Below the pieces are notes generated by a model. That model had not been told where the DNA came from and did no database searches. It saw only the letters and a list, made by a program, of their open reading frames with translations. Below, in pieces: positions 35,476 to 48,238 of a DNA stretch of 48,238 nt. Origin of the DNA: Spirogloea muscicola. Taxonomy: Eukaryota. Position numbers and translations under genes: made by a program. The stretch is taken from assembly GCA_009602725.1 (NCBI GenBank), contig WELB01000004.1:1486336-1534573 (forward strand), in the 5' to 3' direction. How positions within the stretch are numbered: the first letter of the stretch is position 1; every line of letters starts with the position of its first letter.

Positions 35476-38400
35476 ATGGCGAGCTCGACGCACCAGCAGT
35501 CTCGGCCTCCTGGCATGTACAAGAAGCTTCCACCACTAGCGGACATGGAAATCTGCTGCAGCGTCAAACCTGACAGGGCCCCAGAGTCGCCTACAAGACA
35601 AGGACGTGCATCGCCCGTCGAGGCCGGTCGCAAGCGCCGGCGCATTGAGGTGCATCCCATGAAGGATCTGACGCAGCTTCTTCTCCACAAGTTGTGCGTA
35701 GCTTCGGGAGATCCGATCAACCTGCTCAAGGTGCGGCTGAAGAAGTGCACTCTTTGATTTAAATCGAACATTGCATGCTTGTGACAGTCTGTGTATGACG
35801 CATATCAATGAGCCTCGATAATAGCCGCTGCCTTTGAACGTAGCTTACATGCAGCTACAAAGTCTTCGGAGCTCTTCTTTGTACTTCTCAATGACATCGC
35901 TTGTCTGCATAGAGGCTGGGCACTTTACCTTGGCTAGATATCTCATCTACTGTTGATACTGAACAGGTCAAGGACGAGATTGCAATGGAATGGAAGTCAA
36001 TGGTAAGATAGCAGTACTTTGTAGAGTCTGCAGCCAGATACTACCTGACACTTGCAGCGAAGAACCCGAACTTTCACACTCGTTCCCCCAAAGCGCGAGA
36101 GCCTTCTCAGCACCGCTCGTACAAATCGACATCATAGTACCATGTGATTAGTCATGAAATGTGCTACACTTCTGTGCTGTGAGCATAAGTGCCTCTCAGC
36201 TTATTCTGGACCTTATACTGAGAGGTGTGCCGCACGATCTCACTGATGCAGTGCACACGTAAGAGCCCTGCCAGGCGAGTGTATGACGTTGTCAACGTCC
36301 TTCAAGGAGCAGGTGAGGGTGCAGTAGGGGCATGAAATCACTCTTACTGAGTAGCCTGGGATGGGTCAATACATCACGATCCAGTAATTGAAGCGTGCAG
36401 TAACATGTATCATTAAGGTTCAGCTACCTGTATCATTAAGGTTCAGCTACCATTCATGGCTGATCACAGGTCTACTTGGTCGAAGCGGCGTAGTAGGACT
36501 GAAGCAGCCCAAAGTAGAAGGCCTAGTCGTCATTGGAGAGGCCACTGAGAAGAAGGTGTTCCCCTGCAGTCAGCACCTTGCAAAAGAGGGGCGAGGACTG
36601 GCCGAGATAAGGTGGCTTGCATTTGTCACACTTGCTTATAGAATGCTGAGTCACCCTCCCATTACTCTGACCGTTCAAGTGTGGGAGATAGCTGTGTTGT
36701 TCTCTATACCTTGTTCGTCGCAGATTGACACAGGTCAGCTTGCTATGTGCTTGAAAGCAGCACTGTACCCTCTTCAATGTCGAATATGTTGCAGCTGGCT
36801 TGGGGTCTGCTCCACCAAGACAATGGTCCTGCGGCAAGCAGAAAATCAAGGCTTTCATCAAGCAGCACTCCAGGTGGGCTTCTGTTCCTTACTGTCAGAG
36901 TGTGCTAGTGCAGGGTACCTGTGTGCCTTTTGATCAGCATCCATACAGGCTGCCCACTAGCACGGACTCTGCCTCCATCTGTAAACATCGAGAACAATGT
37001 GTATGAGCTGCTATCTTCGTAAATAATTCTTCCAACCTCAGTGAAAGTGAGCTTTTCTGCAGCAAGCTCTGGCCTGTATCCGTGCAAGAATCGCCAGCAA
37101 AAAGCAGCAGCTCCGTCGTGAGACCGAGAAGGTATCCTCAACCCTCTTCTGGTGTGCTGTGTGTTACTTGTAGCTTGTGCCCTCAGTGTTATCCATCTTG
37201 TTGACTACAGCCGGGATCTACATGTAGAGCCACAGGGACGTCACACCCTGGATTCCATCACCTATCTTGTCAGATGCCCTCCATATCTAGGAAGAAAGAC
37301 AATAATGATCCTCACCTTTGTCGGAGATGCATTTCCATTATCTGTGGATGTATGAGTCTGCTTGATAGAACCTGCGCCTGAACTGGCCAGGTCATGAGCA
37401 TCAAGCGACTTATATCACTAAACCGCTCCAGAGCAGGAAGTGCGACCAAGACATCGGTGTGTAAAGCAGGTTGGCTCTTCACAGCCTGCGTGCTCATGGA
37501 AGGCCTTGCCAAATGGCATCTCAATACACGTGCATGAATGTGTGCAACGGTTGTGTTTACTGCCAAAGTAAACACACAATCAAGAGTGCATCTCTTTGGG
37601 ATACACTGTACATGCGTGAGTTCGCAATACAGCTAGACAACAAAGAAAACAATCAAGAACTTGCAACATGCAGGGGCAGCCTTGCTCAAGGCTGCTGGTG
37701 AAGAGACTGCAATAGTGAATGCTGGACAGAACAATGAGCGCGACTCTATTGCCAAAGCTTTTCAGCCATTCGTTATTGCTGCTACACACCGAGATAAGTC
37801 TGTGTCCTGCCAACGCATGCGCTTTCTTTGTTTGCAATCTGGCAAAGCATGTGATACCTGCAAGATGATGTGCAACCTCACTACGGCATGCCAACTGCCC
37901 AATATGTACGAAACCATCCATAACCAAGTATCACAATCCTTGATGACAGTGTTCGACCACTGGCATGGCTGCAGCAAATTGCACATTCACAGGCATGAGC
38001 AACCTGCCAATGAGGTTGATATAGGACTGGATGGCGACTTTCATCTATTTGACCACCTGCAAGTGATTAGACTGGTCACGGACTACTGGTGCTCAGTAGG
38101 GGCCCTGCCAGTGTCGCCCATGTAATAAGCACGTTCAAATAGTCAGCTGTCACCTTGCGAGGTTGCTACATAATACTTCTTGTTCTTTTATAAGGACTCA
38201 GGGGTTCAAGGGCTCAACAGTGATCAATTTATTCAAATAGCTACCACTGACCATATGCCGGATGCCTTGCTTAAAGGCTGTTATTGTAGGCCTCCTGCTC
38301 GACTGTGCATGAGCAATCAATGCAAATGTTGGCATCTACTTATTTAGCTAGGCATGCAGTGTGCGAGGTAATGACCAGACTTGTATTCCAGGTCACTGAA

Positions 38401-38538
38401 GTAATGCGCAAGCCCAGCAGCCAGAAGCTGCAGCTGTGGTGCAGTAGAAGTCAGGAGCGAATTAGTCCTGGCTCGTTGCACCCTCTCAGCCAGTGCACCG
38501 GCCCTCTTATTCTCTTGCTTTTATACTGTTCATGGTGA
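35476..38538 (+). CDS. Divergent DP/E2F-family transcription factor. Exons 35476-35730, 35967-36002, 36252-36312, 36470-36555, 36724-36733, 36795-36873, 36949-37000, 37063-37131, 37391-~37456, then ~37730-37810, ~37993-38074 and possibly 38392-38538 (3' structure uncertain)
   Basis: Spliced winged-helix segment MKDLTQLLLHKL...VKDEIAMEW...ARRVYDVVNVLQGAGLL, followed by DP-like LPTS, RARIASKKQQLRRE.EKVMSIKRLISLNR, PFVIAAT and FHLFDHLQVIRL. The first nine exons join in frame with canonical GT-AG sites. Confidence 0.75.
36406..36451. repeat. Perfect 23-bp tandem duplication (TGTATCATTAAGGTTCAGCTACC x2) in an intron
   Basis: Direct read. Confidence 0.9.
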
Positions 38539-38855
38539 TGACTGGATCTTGCAGCTCTTGTAACTCATGGATATGCAATGAGGTCTTTCTCTCTGCCTCC
38601 TTACCTCATATGACTGTTCGTGGTTGACCAGGGTCGAGCCAGCCTGAGGCTAGTCTGCTGTATCAAGTTATGTTATTGTGCAGGCAATCGACTGCCTTAT
38701 GTGGCGAATCCTTAAATAGCAGCCAGTTCTCTTTCACGGCTACGGTAATCCCAACCAGTGAAGCTTGCAGAGCTTGCCAGACCAGACACGCAGAGGAAGC
38801 AAGAGGGGTGTGGTCATGCGTAGGTGACTGAAGCTTCGATCTGCAAGTGCCATTG

Positions 38856-41435
<2,580 letters not shown>

Positions 41436-41436
41436 G

Positions 41437-42096
41437 NNNNNNNNNNNNNNNNNNNNNNNNNNNNNNNNNNNNNNNNNNNNNNNNNNNNNNNNNNNNNNNN
41501 NNNNNNNNNNNNNNNNNNNNNNNNNNNNNNNNNNNNNNNNNNNNNNNNNNNNNNNNNNNNNNNNNNNNNNNNNNNNNNNNNNNNNNNNNNNNNNNNNNNN
41601 NNNNNNNNNNNNNNNNNNNNNNNNNNNNNNNNNNNNNNNNNNNNNNNNNNNNNNNNNNNNNNNNNNNNNNNNNNNNNNNNNNNNNNNNNNNNNNNNNNNN
41701 NNNNNNNNNNNNNNNNNNNNNNNNNNNNNNNNNNNNNNNNNNNNNNNNNNNNNNNNNNNNNNNNNNNNNNNNNNNNNNNNNNNNNNNNNNNNNNNNNNNN
41801 NNNNNNNNNNNNNNNNNNNNNNNNNNNNNNNNNNNNNNNNNNNNNNNNNNNNNNNNNNNNNNNNNNNNNNNNNNNNNNNNNNNNNNNNNNNNNNNNNNNN
41901 NNNNNNNNNNNNNNNNNNNNNNNNNNNNNNNNNNNNNNNNNNNNNNNNNNNNNNNNNNNNNNNNNNNNNNNNNNNNNNNNNNNNNNNNNNNNNNNNNNNN
42001 NNNNNNNNNNNNNNNNNNNNNNNNNNNNNNNNNNNNNNNNNNNNNNNNNNNNNNNNNNNNNNNNNNNNNNNNNNNNNNNNNNNNNNNNNNNNNNNN
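41437..42096. other. Assembly gap in the DIM1/SUV3 divergent spacer
   Basis: N run flanked by GC-rich trinucleotide tracts. Confidence 1.
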
Positions 42097-42128
<32 letters not shown>

Positions 42129-42165
42129 TGCCGCCGCCGGCCAGACTGCCGTTGGAGCTCCCCAT

Positions 42166-42257
42166 ACCCTAACCCTAACTCTAAACCCTAACTCTAAACC
42201 ATTAACCAAACGTAAACCTCCAGACCCCAAAACCTTAACGCCGTTATCCTTAACCCT
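42166..42257. repeat. Telomere-like array near the SUV3 5' end (probably intron 1)
   Basis: accctaaccctaactctaaaccctaactctaaacc...; exact AAACCCTAA. Confidence 0.8.
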
Positions 42258-42631
42258 GGGAGCCTGACCGGACGACTGCTCTCTGTGGCGGCGCCGTGCA
42301 GCCATCGCAGCGGCGGTGCGACAGCGGGACGCGAGGCTGCTCGCAGCGCCCCAGGCATGCAACGCCCTTGCCTCGCAGCGCCGCTGTGTTAGCTTGTTGC
42401 GGTCATTGTTGTCATTGTTGCTGTCACTTTCGTTGCCGCCTCCTGCAATTTTACACCACTTCACGAACTCAACTGCATTGAGGTTTTTCTGACGACAAAT
42501 GTCCATCATTGCCGCCACTTTCATTGCCGCCTCCTGCAATGTGCGCCTCATTCCCAGAAAGTCAAGTGCATTGACTGTTTGATGATTGACTGTTAATGAC
42601 TGGAAATGGGCACTTACTTTCATGGCGGCAG

Positions 42632-45600
42632 GAGCAGCCAGAGGAGATCTTCCGGGCGCTGCAGCGGTCGCAGGCCCAGCAGCAGCAGGGCCGCCGCTTC
42701 GCGCTGTCGCACGCCGAGAAGGCCCTCGTGCTGCCCACGCTGCGCCGCTTCGCCGCCCGCGGCTGGGCGGCCGACCAGGCGCTCGCCATCTACATCAACT
42801 CCAAGGTGTTCCCGACGGCTGCCGCGTCCTTCCGCAAGTTCCTCATGCAGGCAATCACGCCGGAGGTGCGCGACGACCTCCTGGCGCTGGGGCCTGGCGA
42901 CGCCGCCGAGGCCTACCTCTTCCCGCTCTTTGCCGAGCACTGCCTCGAGCGCTACGCCGCTGAGATCGGCAACTACCGCCAGCTCGTGTCCTCCGCCGAC
43001 CTCCGCACTCCACACATCTGGTGGGTGCAAGCTCCACTAGACAGACACCACTTCAGATTCTAATTCCCCATCATTTCTGCTCTTTGACCCTTATCTATCA
43101 CTGATAGCTTGTCAAGGTCATCTTTTGTTGTCTTACTTTCTGTCGCTCTCAGCTTCGCGGTACGAGGCTTAGGAAGGTGCAAGTCGGAGATTTGGCTGCT
43201 GTCCTACTGCCAGCTTTGCTGCCCTGACTGACTGAGACTGTCAAGCCCCTTGATATTGCCTTGGTAGTAACCCAACAATTTGGCGCCTATTAGTTACACT
43301 TCATCACATAGATTACAGGGTGTACAGTATGGAGGATGCAGGATCAGGGACAGCATTGTGCAACCTCATCTCACCCAGCTCTCGCTTCGTCAGTGCGGAC
43401 CCCATCATTCACTTTGGCCTCACTGCATGGCTGCGTTGCCAGGTTCCCATTTGCGCGGGCGATGAAGCGGCGCATTGTGTACCATCACGGGCCAACCAAC
43501 AGTGGGAAGACGCACACGGCGCTGCAGCGCCTCATGCAGGGCGCTAGCGGTGTATACTGTGGGCCCCTGCGGCTGCTTGCCATGGAGGTGCGGCAGCTGG
43601 TCCTGCTCCCACCACTTGCAGCTGCAATCAATATCTATTATGCTTTAGTGGGACTTAGGCTCAAGGGATCGACCCACAGGGCACCTACATAGAGCTGGAG
43701 GCGCAGCTTCAGATACTCCAGTTTATTTGTCAAGTATTTAAGACCTTGATCACTCAATTAGCGGCCTCAAGACTTAGATGCAAAAGCATCCAAGCCCAGA
43801 TTAGAAGTCATATCTGGACCTGAACAAGCGCGATGACATGCTCTGCCTCATCAGGTGTTCAACCGCATCAACCAGGAGGGTGTGTTCTGCAACCTGCACA
43901 CTGGGCAGGAGCTGCGGGTTGTGCCGTTCGCAAAGCACACGGCGTGCACCGTCGAGATGGCTTTGCTCGCCTTGCCCTGCGAGGTTGCCGTCATTGACGA
44001 GATCCAGGTCTGATATGATGCTCCACACCATGGATTAAGAGGCCTGCTCCTAGGCTAACCTCTATATTACGATAAGTGTGTCCCCACAGTAGTCAAACTC
44101 AGACAAGCAGTGGCTCTATTGTAATTGCTTTCACTTGATTGCATCTCTAACTGCATCTCATCACAGGGTAAAGCAAGCTTGGGCTTGTGATTTAGAACCT
44201 GGGTATCAAGCGCCAGCTTCATTGCTCGCCTGCAACAAGCCGCGCCCTCCTTGGTTTGCCGGTGCAGATGCTCACGGACGAGTTCCGCGGGTGGGCCTGG
44301 ACAAAGGCGCTCCTTGGCCTGCAGGCCTCCGAGGTGCACATCTGCGGCGACCCTTCGGCGCTGCCGCTCGTGCGCCACATCTGCAGCTTGACGGGAGACG
44401 ACTTTGAGGTGCACCAGTATGAGCGCTTCAAGCCGCTCCGAGTCTGCCAGGTGCGCTGCTTCATCTGGCGCTCCTGCAGGAGCGAGCAAAGATTGAATCA
44501 TCAAGAGGCATACAACACAACTCTGGATAGCCACTCGGCTAACGTACTTGCATGGCAAGGTTGATTAACGATGACGTACATCTAAGCTTAATTGAGATTA
44601 GCCAACATCTCCTTCTTATACTGATTGTATTGCACAACCGTAATGCCTCTTTGCTGGGCCGTATACATTTTATACTGCAGCCGCTGAACGGGGACTTTTC
44701 GCGCGTGGAAAAGGGCGACTGCATTGTTGCATTCTCCCGCCAGGAAATATTCGATGTAAAAGTGAGGCCCGATGGTGTGCCACTTCGCTTTCCCGGTCGT
44801 TGCATACCGCAGTCAAGACTTCCATGATGTCATGCCACAGCTAGCTGCGTTTGTGCACTTATTCAATCTGCCATGGTGCATGCTGACCTGCAGTACTTAT
44901 GGACGATGTTCGTCATTGGGTGGCTTGATTGCTTAGCTGCCATGAGATAGAACGCGTTGAAAGTCTTACGGGTCCAGGCCACATCTACGGATTCGCAAAC
45001 GAAAAGCTCAGGACTCAAGAGTAAATCTGAGTGCACGCCGCTGTACTCGTTAATGGCTACCTTGCCTCGTGCCTACCTGCAACTGAATTGCACAGCTTGC
45101 CATGCACGCAGCGAGCTGTGGAGGTCGCGACGAACCACAGATGCTGCGTAGTGTACGGTGGGCTGCCCCCCGAAACCCGCAAGCAGCAGGCAGGCCTCTT
45201 CAACGCGCCGGACAATGTGTACAACGTGCTGGTGGCATCGGACGCCGTCGGCATGGGCCTCAACCTCAACATCCGGCGCGTCATCTTCTGGTCGCTGCAC
45301 AAGTTCGACGGCCTGTCCACGAACCCAATTCCCCCTCCGCAGGCGAGGGACCCTCCACCTCTGCACTTAAAGCCCTCACAGCCATCACAGTTGACATTGC
45401 GAAGAATATTCTCCTCAATTGCGACTTAAACATCTGTGCTTGGCGCGGCTGGCCCTCTAGTCTGAGGTTTCAGTACACCTCACGGCTTGCTGCCGTTGCA
45501 CATGCCGTGGCACATGCTAGGCCTGCATCAGACTCTCTTAGATATCCTGGCAGGGGAAGGTCTTTGACCTTCACGTCGTTGAAAGTAAGGACTTCACTGG

Positions 45601-47480
45601 GAAGACCTGGCTTCTCGGCTGGTCGCTAAAGGCATACTTCAAGTGGCGCATTGATAGGTGGCCTTGCGCATCTTCATGCTGAAGCTGCAGGCTTCATTAT
45701 GCAGGTCAAGCAAATTGGGGGCCGAGCAGGGCGGCGCGGCAGCCTGTGGCCTGAGGGCATGACCACAACGTTCTTCGCACACGACCTGCCCTACCTGATG
45801 AGCTGCCTGTCAAGCAAAGTCGAGGAGGCCTCAACGGCAGGCCTTTGCCCTGTCTTTGAGCAGGTCAGCATTACCTTATGGTCAAGGATAACTGCAACTT
45901 GCATGACTCCTATCATAGGGTTCCTCATTGACCATGCAGCAAATGCCATGTCGCAAACTCACAGATGTCAGTCCCGCTGCCAGCTCTTGCTCTGTTGCTG
46001 ATGCTGGAATTGTGAAACATACTACTATCTGGCATGTAGTGTGTGGTAGCCATTGTCGGGCTTGCCTGAATGGCAGCTTGCCATGCAGGTGGAGATGTTT
46101 GCAAGCAAGCTGCCCAACATCTCCTTCTCGCAGCTCCTGGACAGGTGAGGGCCTCGTGAAACATTGCCCAGATACGGCGAGCAATCTCAGCAGATGACAA
46201 TAGTAGATGTCAAAAATAGATCAAAGTGAGATTTATGCCATTGATTAAAGTATGTAGCTGCACTTGTGCCTCTAGGTTTGAGGAGATTGCGAAGGTGGAC
46301 GATTGCTACTTCCTGGTCAAGCTAAATCACGTGAAGGTGACAATTCGATCTCATCCTGATTGACAATTGGGGAGATGCCACCTCCCTCCGATCTACAATG
46401 TAGCTCTTTGAGTACATCACAAGAGACTATTCTAGGCACAATAATGTATTCTTAAGGTGGTGGAGGACTCTTTGAGTCCACCTTATGGCTTTTGAGTAAT
46501 TCTAATAATCAATGATGGTAATAATCCAGCATGTGAACCACCCAGTATTAGAAGCTGATGGCCATGACTCTTAAGAAGCTCGAGCTCTCATACCTTCCTT
46601 CCGTGCTGCAAATGCTTTACTAACGCCAGCAGCCTCGTGTTCGACACGTGTGCAGAGGTTGGCCATGCACCTGGACAAGGTGGAGGGGCTGTCCCTGCAG
46701 GACCGGTACACCCTGTGCTTCTCACCGGTCAACGTTCGCGATGGCATGTGCATGCACGCGCTCGTGGTGTACGCTGAGGCCCTTGGGCACGGCCAGCCCG
46801 TCCGCCTGGCAGTGCATGACCCCTCCCTGGCAGTCCACGAGGACTGGGAGCTCATGGACCTCGAGCTGCGGCACCAGGTAACCAGCTTCTTCCACTCACT
46901 TGGCATCCAAGATATCCCCCACACGTCTGCCGTTGGTCATGTCCGTGAAGCCTGTGAGGCAGAGCTGTGTTCCTGTCTTAGACTGCCACCTTGTATGATT
47001 GTATATAGCTCAACGTTTTGAAGCGGCCAAAATGTTTGCACATGCTGTTATACTTGGTCGCTCATCTGCTGAGAACGTTGTTGTCCAGCTTTCCTGTGTA
47101 AGTGCGAGCACTTTCAATCCTGGGCTTGAAATTTTCTTGTTCCTCCCTAAAGACGATTTGGCAGCAGTTACTTTTTACTAATGCCTCAGCATCCTTCTGA
47201 ATAGCAGGTTGTGTCGCTCTACTCCTGGTTGAGCCAGCAGTTCCCGGACAAGGACTTCCCCGATGCAGAGCGCGCAGAGGCGCTGGGTGCCGAGATCGCC
47301 GGCCGCATGGGCGCGCGGCTCGCGCAGCGTGCGGCGCCGGCGCCGCAGGCCGGCCTGCGGCAGCAGGGCGAGGTCATGATGCGCATTGGCAAGGCCCTCT
47401 ACCCGGTCATAGTCAAAGGCGCGCTCATGGGTGGCGGCTCTGCCACAAGGACAAGTGACCAACTGCTTCTGGCTACATAA
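42632..47480 (+). CDS. SUV3: SUV3-type DExH-box RNA helicase (DExH18-like, mitochondrial); start codon upstream or in gap. Exons 42632-43020, 43443-43587, 43855-44007, 44268-44450, 44681-44761, 45112-45342, 45705-45863, 46089-46144, 46276-46336, 46656-46877, 47208-47480
   Basis: [121 protein letters not shown]. Confidence 0.96.
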
Positions 47481-47729
47481 AAGTTCGATTCTAATATAAA
47501 TTTGAGCGTAGTTAGTGCGCGTTCCTTCAAGCGTTGGCTGCACGGCCATGGCTGCTACCTGCCATGCCAGCAAAAGCCGTGCCAGCAAAGCGATCATGTT
47601 GTCATGCTCAGAGGGTTTGTCCAACCGCAGTCGCTGTTAGTGTCTTCTCCAACTTATCTGCAAGGCTTTTGAGCGGGGTAATGGGCTGACATGCTAATGC
47701 CTTGTGGCTGCAAGCACTTTACAAGAGGA

Positions 47730-47901
47730 CACTCTTCCAGTAGTGGGCGATGGCTGTGATTGGCCAGCCCAGAAAACAAAGGGGCTCGACAGCCAAGCTG
47801 GCGCAAGAAGTGCACTCAGTCCAGAAAACATGCAGGTCCAGCAGAATCTGGATGTCTCATTGTCCTCTCAGACCTTGTACGTTCCTCCGGGCTGGCCTTT
47901 C
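47730..47901. repeat. Two dispersed hairpin repeat copies in opposite orientation (47730-47790 minus; 47865-47901 plus, truncated in the hairpin loop)
   Basis: Minus copy: TTTTCTGGGCTGGCCAATCACAGCCATCGCCCACTACTGGAAGAG. Plus copy: CAGACCTTGTACGTTCCTCCGGGCTGGCCTTTC. Confidence 0.85.
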
Positions 47902-48238
47902 GATGCATTGTGCAGCGTCCTCACTACTTGGCGCGGACGACCCCTCCCTGCCCCGCGGTGCTGGCGGCCTACACCACATTCGACACGGGGGTCATGGAGG
48001 GCGCGGCGGCCCTCATCCGCCACGATGGCTTCCTTGCCTCGTCAGCCGCTACGCTCCAGGCCACACTGCCCCCTGGCCAGGGCGGCCTCGGCTGCCGCTC
48101 GCTCGCGCGCGTCTGCAGGCCAGCATTCCTCGGCAGTTGGGCACAGGTCGCCACGTCGGTGGCGCAGCGCTTCCTCCATGATCGGCGGCCCCTGCTGCAG
48201 CAGGTTGTGGAGGAGGTGGCGACTGGCTCGCTGCCTTT
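47898..48238 (+). mobile_element. 5'-truncated non-LTR retrotransposon (CRE-like, RLE-type) reverse transcriptase thumb region; continues beyond the window
   Basis: Open frame absent from the ORF track: FRCIVQRPHYLARTTPPCPAVLAAYTTFD...QATLPPGQGGLGCRSLARVCRPAFLGSW... It fits the YL.RT.PP...FD...QA.LP...GGLG...AFL.SW pattern of CRE-type RTs. Confidence 0.75.

Noticed and set aside
46452..46486. Intronic hairpin AAGGT..GGACTC-TTT-GAGTCC-ACCTT
   Set aside because: Single short stem with no snoRNA boxes or MITE features.

Overview
Gene-dense, GC-rich eukaryotic nuclear DNA with GT-AG spliceosomal introns. The plant-type proteins (plastid SECE1, PUX2, DExH18/SUV3, plant-like FAM91A1) point to a streptophyte green alga, which is an inference. 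The window holds one tRNA-Leu(UAA) gene, a nest of decayed retroelements next to it, and 11 protein-coding genes that I spliced by hand. In order these are: bacterial/cyanobacterial-type GT2 glycosyltransferase (+), ICMT/STE14 (-), FAM91A1 (+, one frameshift), RPAC1/AC40 (-), SECE1 (+), PUX2 (-), KIN17 (+), YwrD-like gamma-glutamyltransferase (-), a cryptic and highly divergent micro-exon DP/E2F-family transcription factor (+), DIM1 (-) and SUV3/DExH18 (+). A CRE-like LINE fragment runs off the right end. The most notable points are: (1) the atypical DP/E2F gene, which the ORF track does not show; (2) strictly alternating gene orientation forming five head-to-head pairs, with (GCC/GGC)n tracts and strand-biased degenerate telomere-like arrays near gene 5' ends; (3) a dispersed hairpin repeat (about 13 copies) physically tied to LINE fragments; (4) an intron-containing cyanobacterial-type GtrB/ArnC-like gene; (5) a fold-back integrase hairpin and a PHD-bearing Ty3/gypsy remnant beside the tRNA. 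All homology calls come from motif recognition, not database searches. Four N-gaps obscure or interrupt the 5' ends of several genes.
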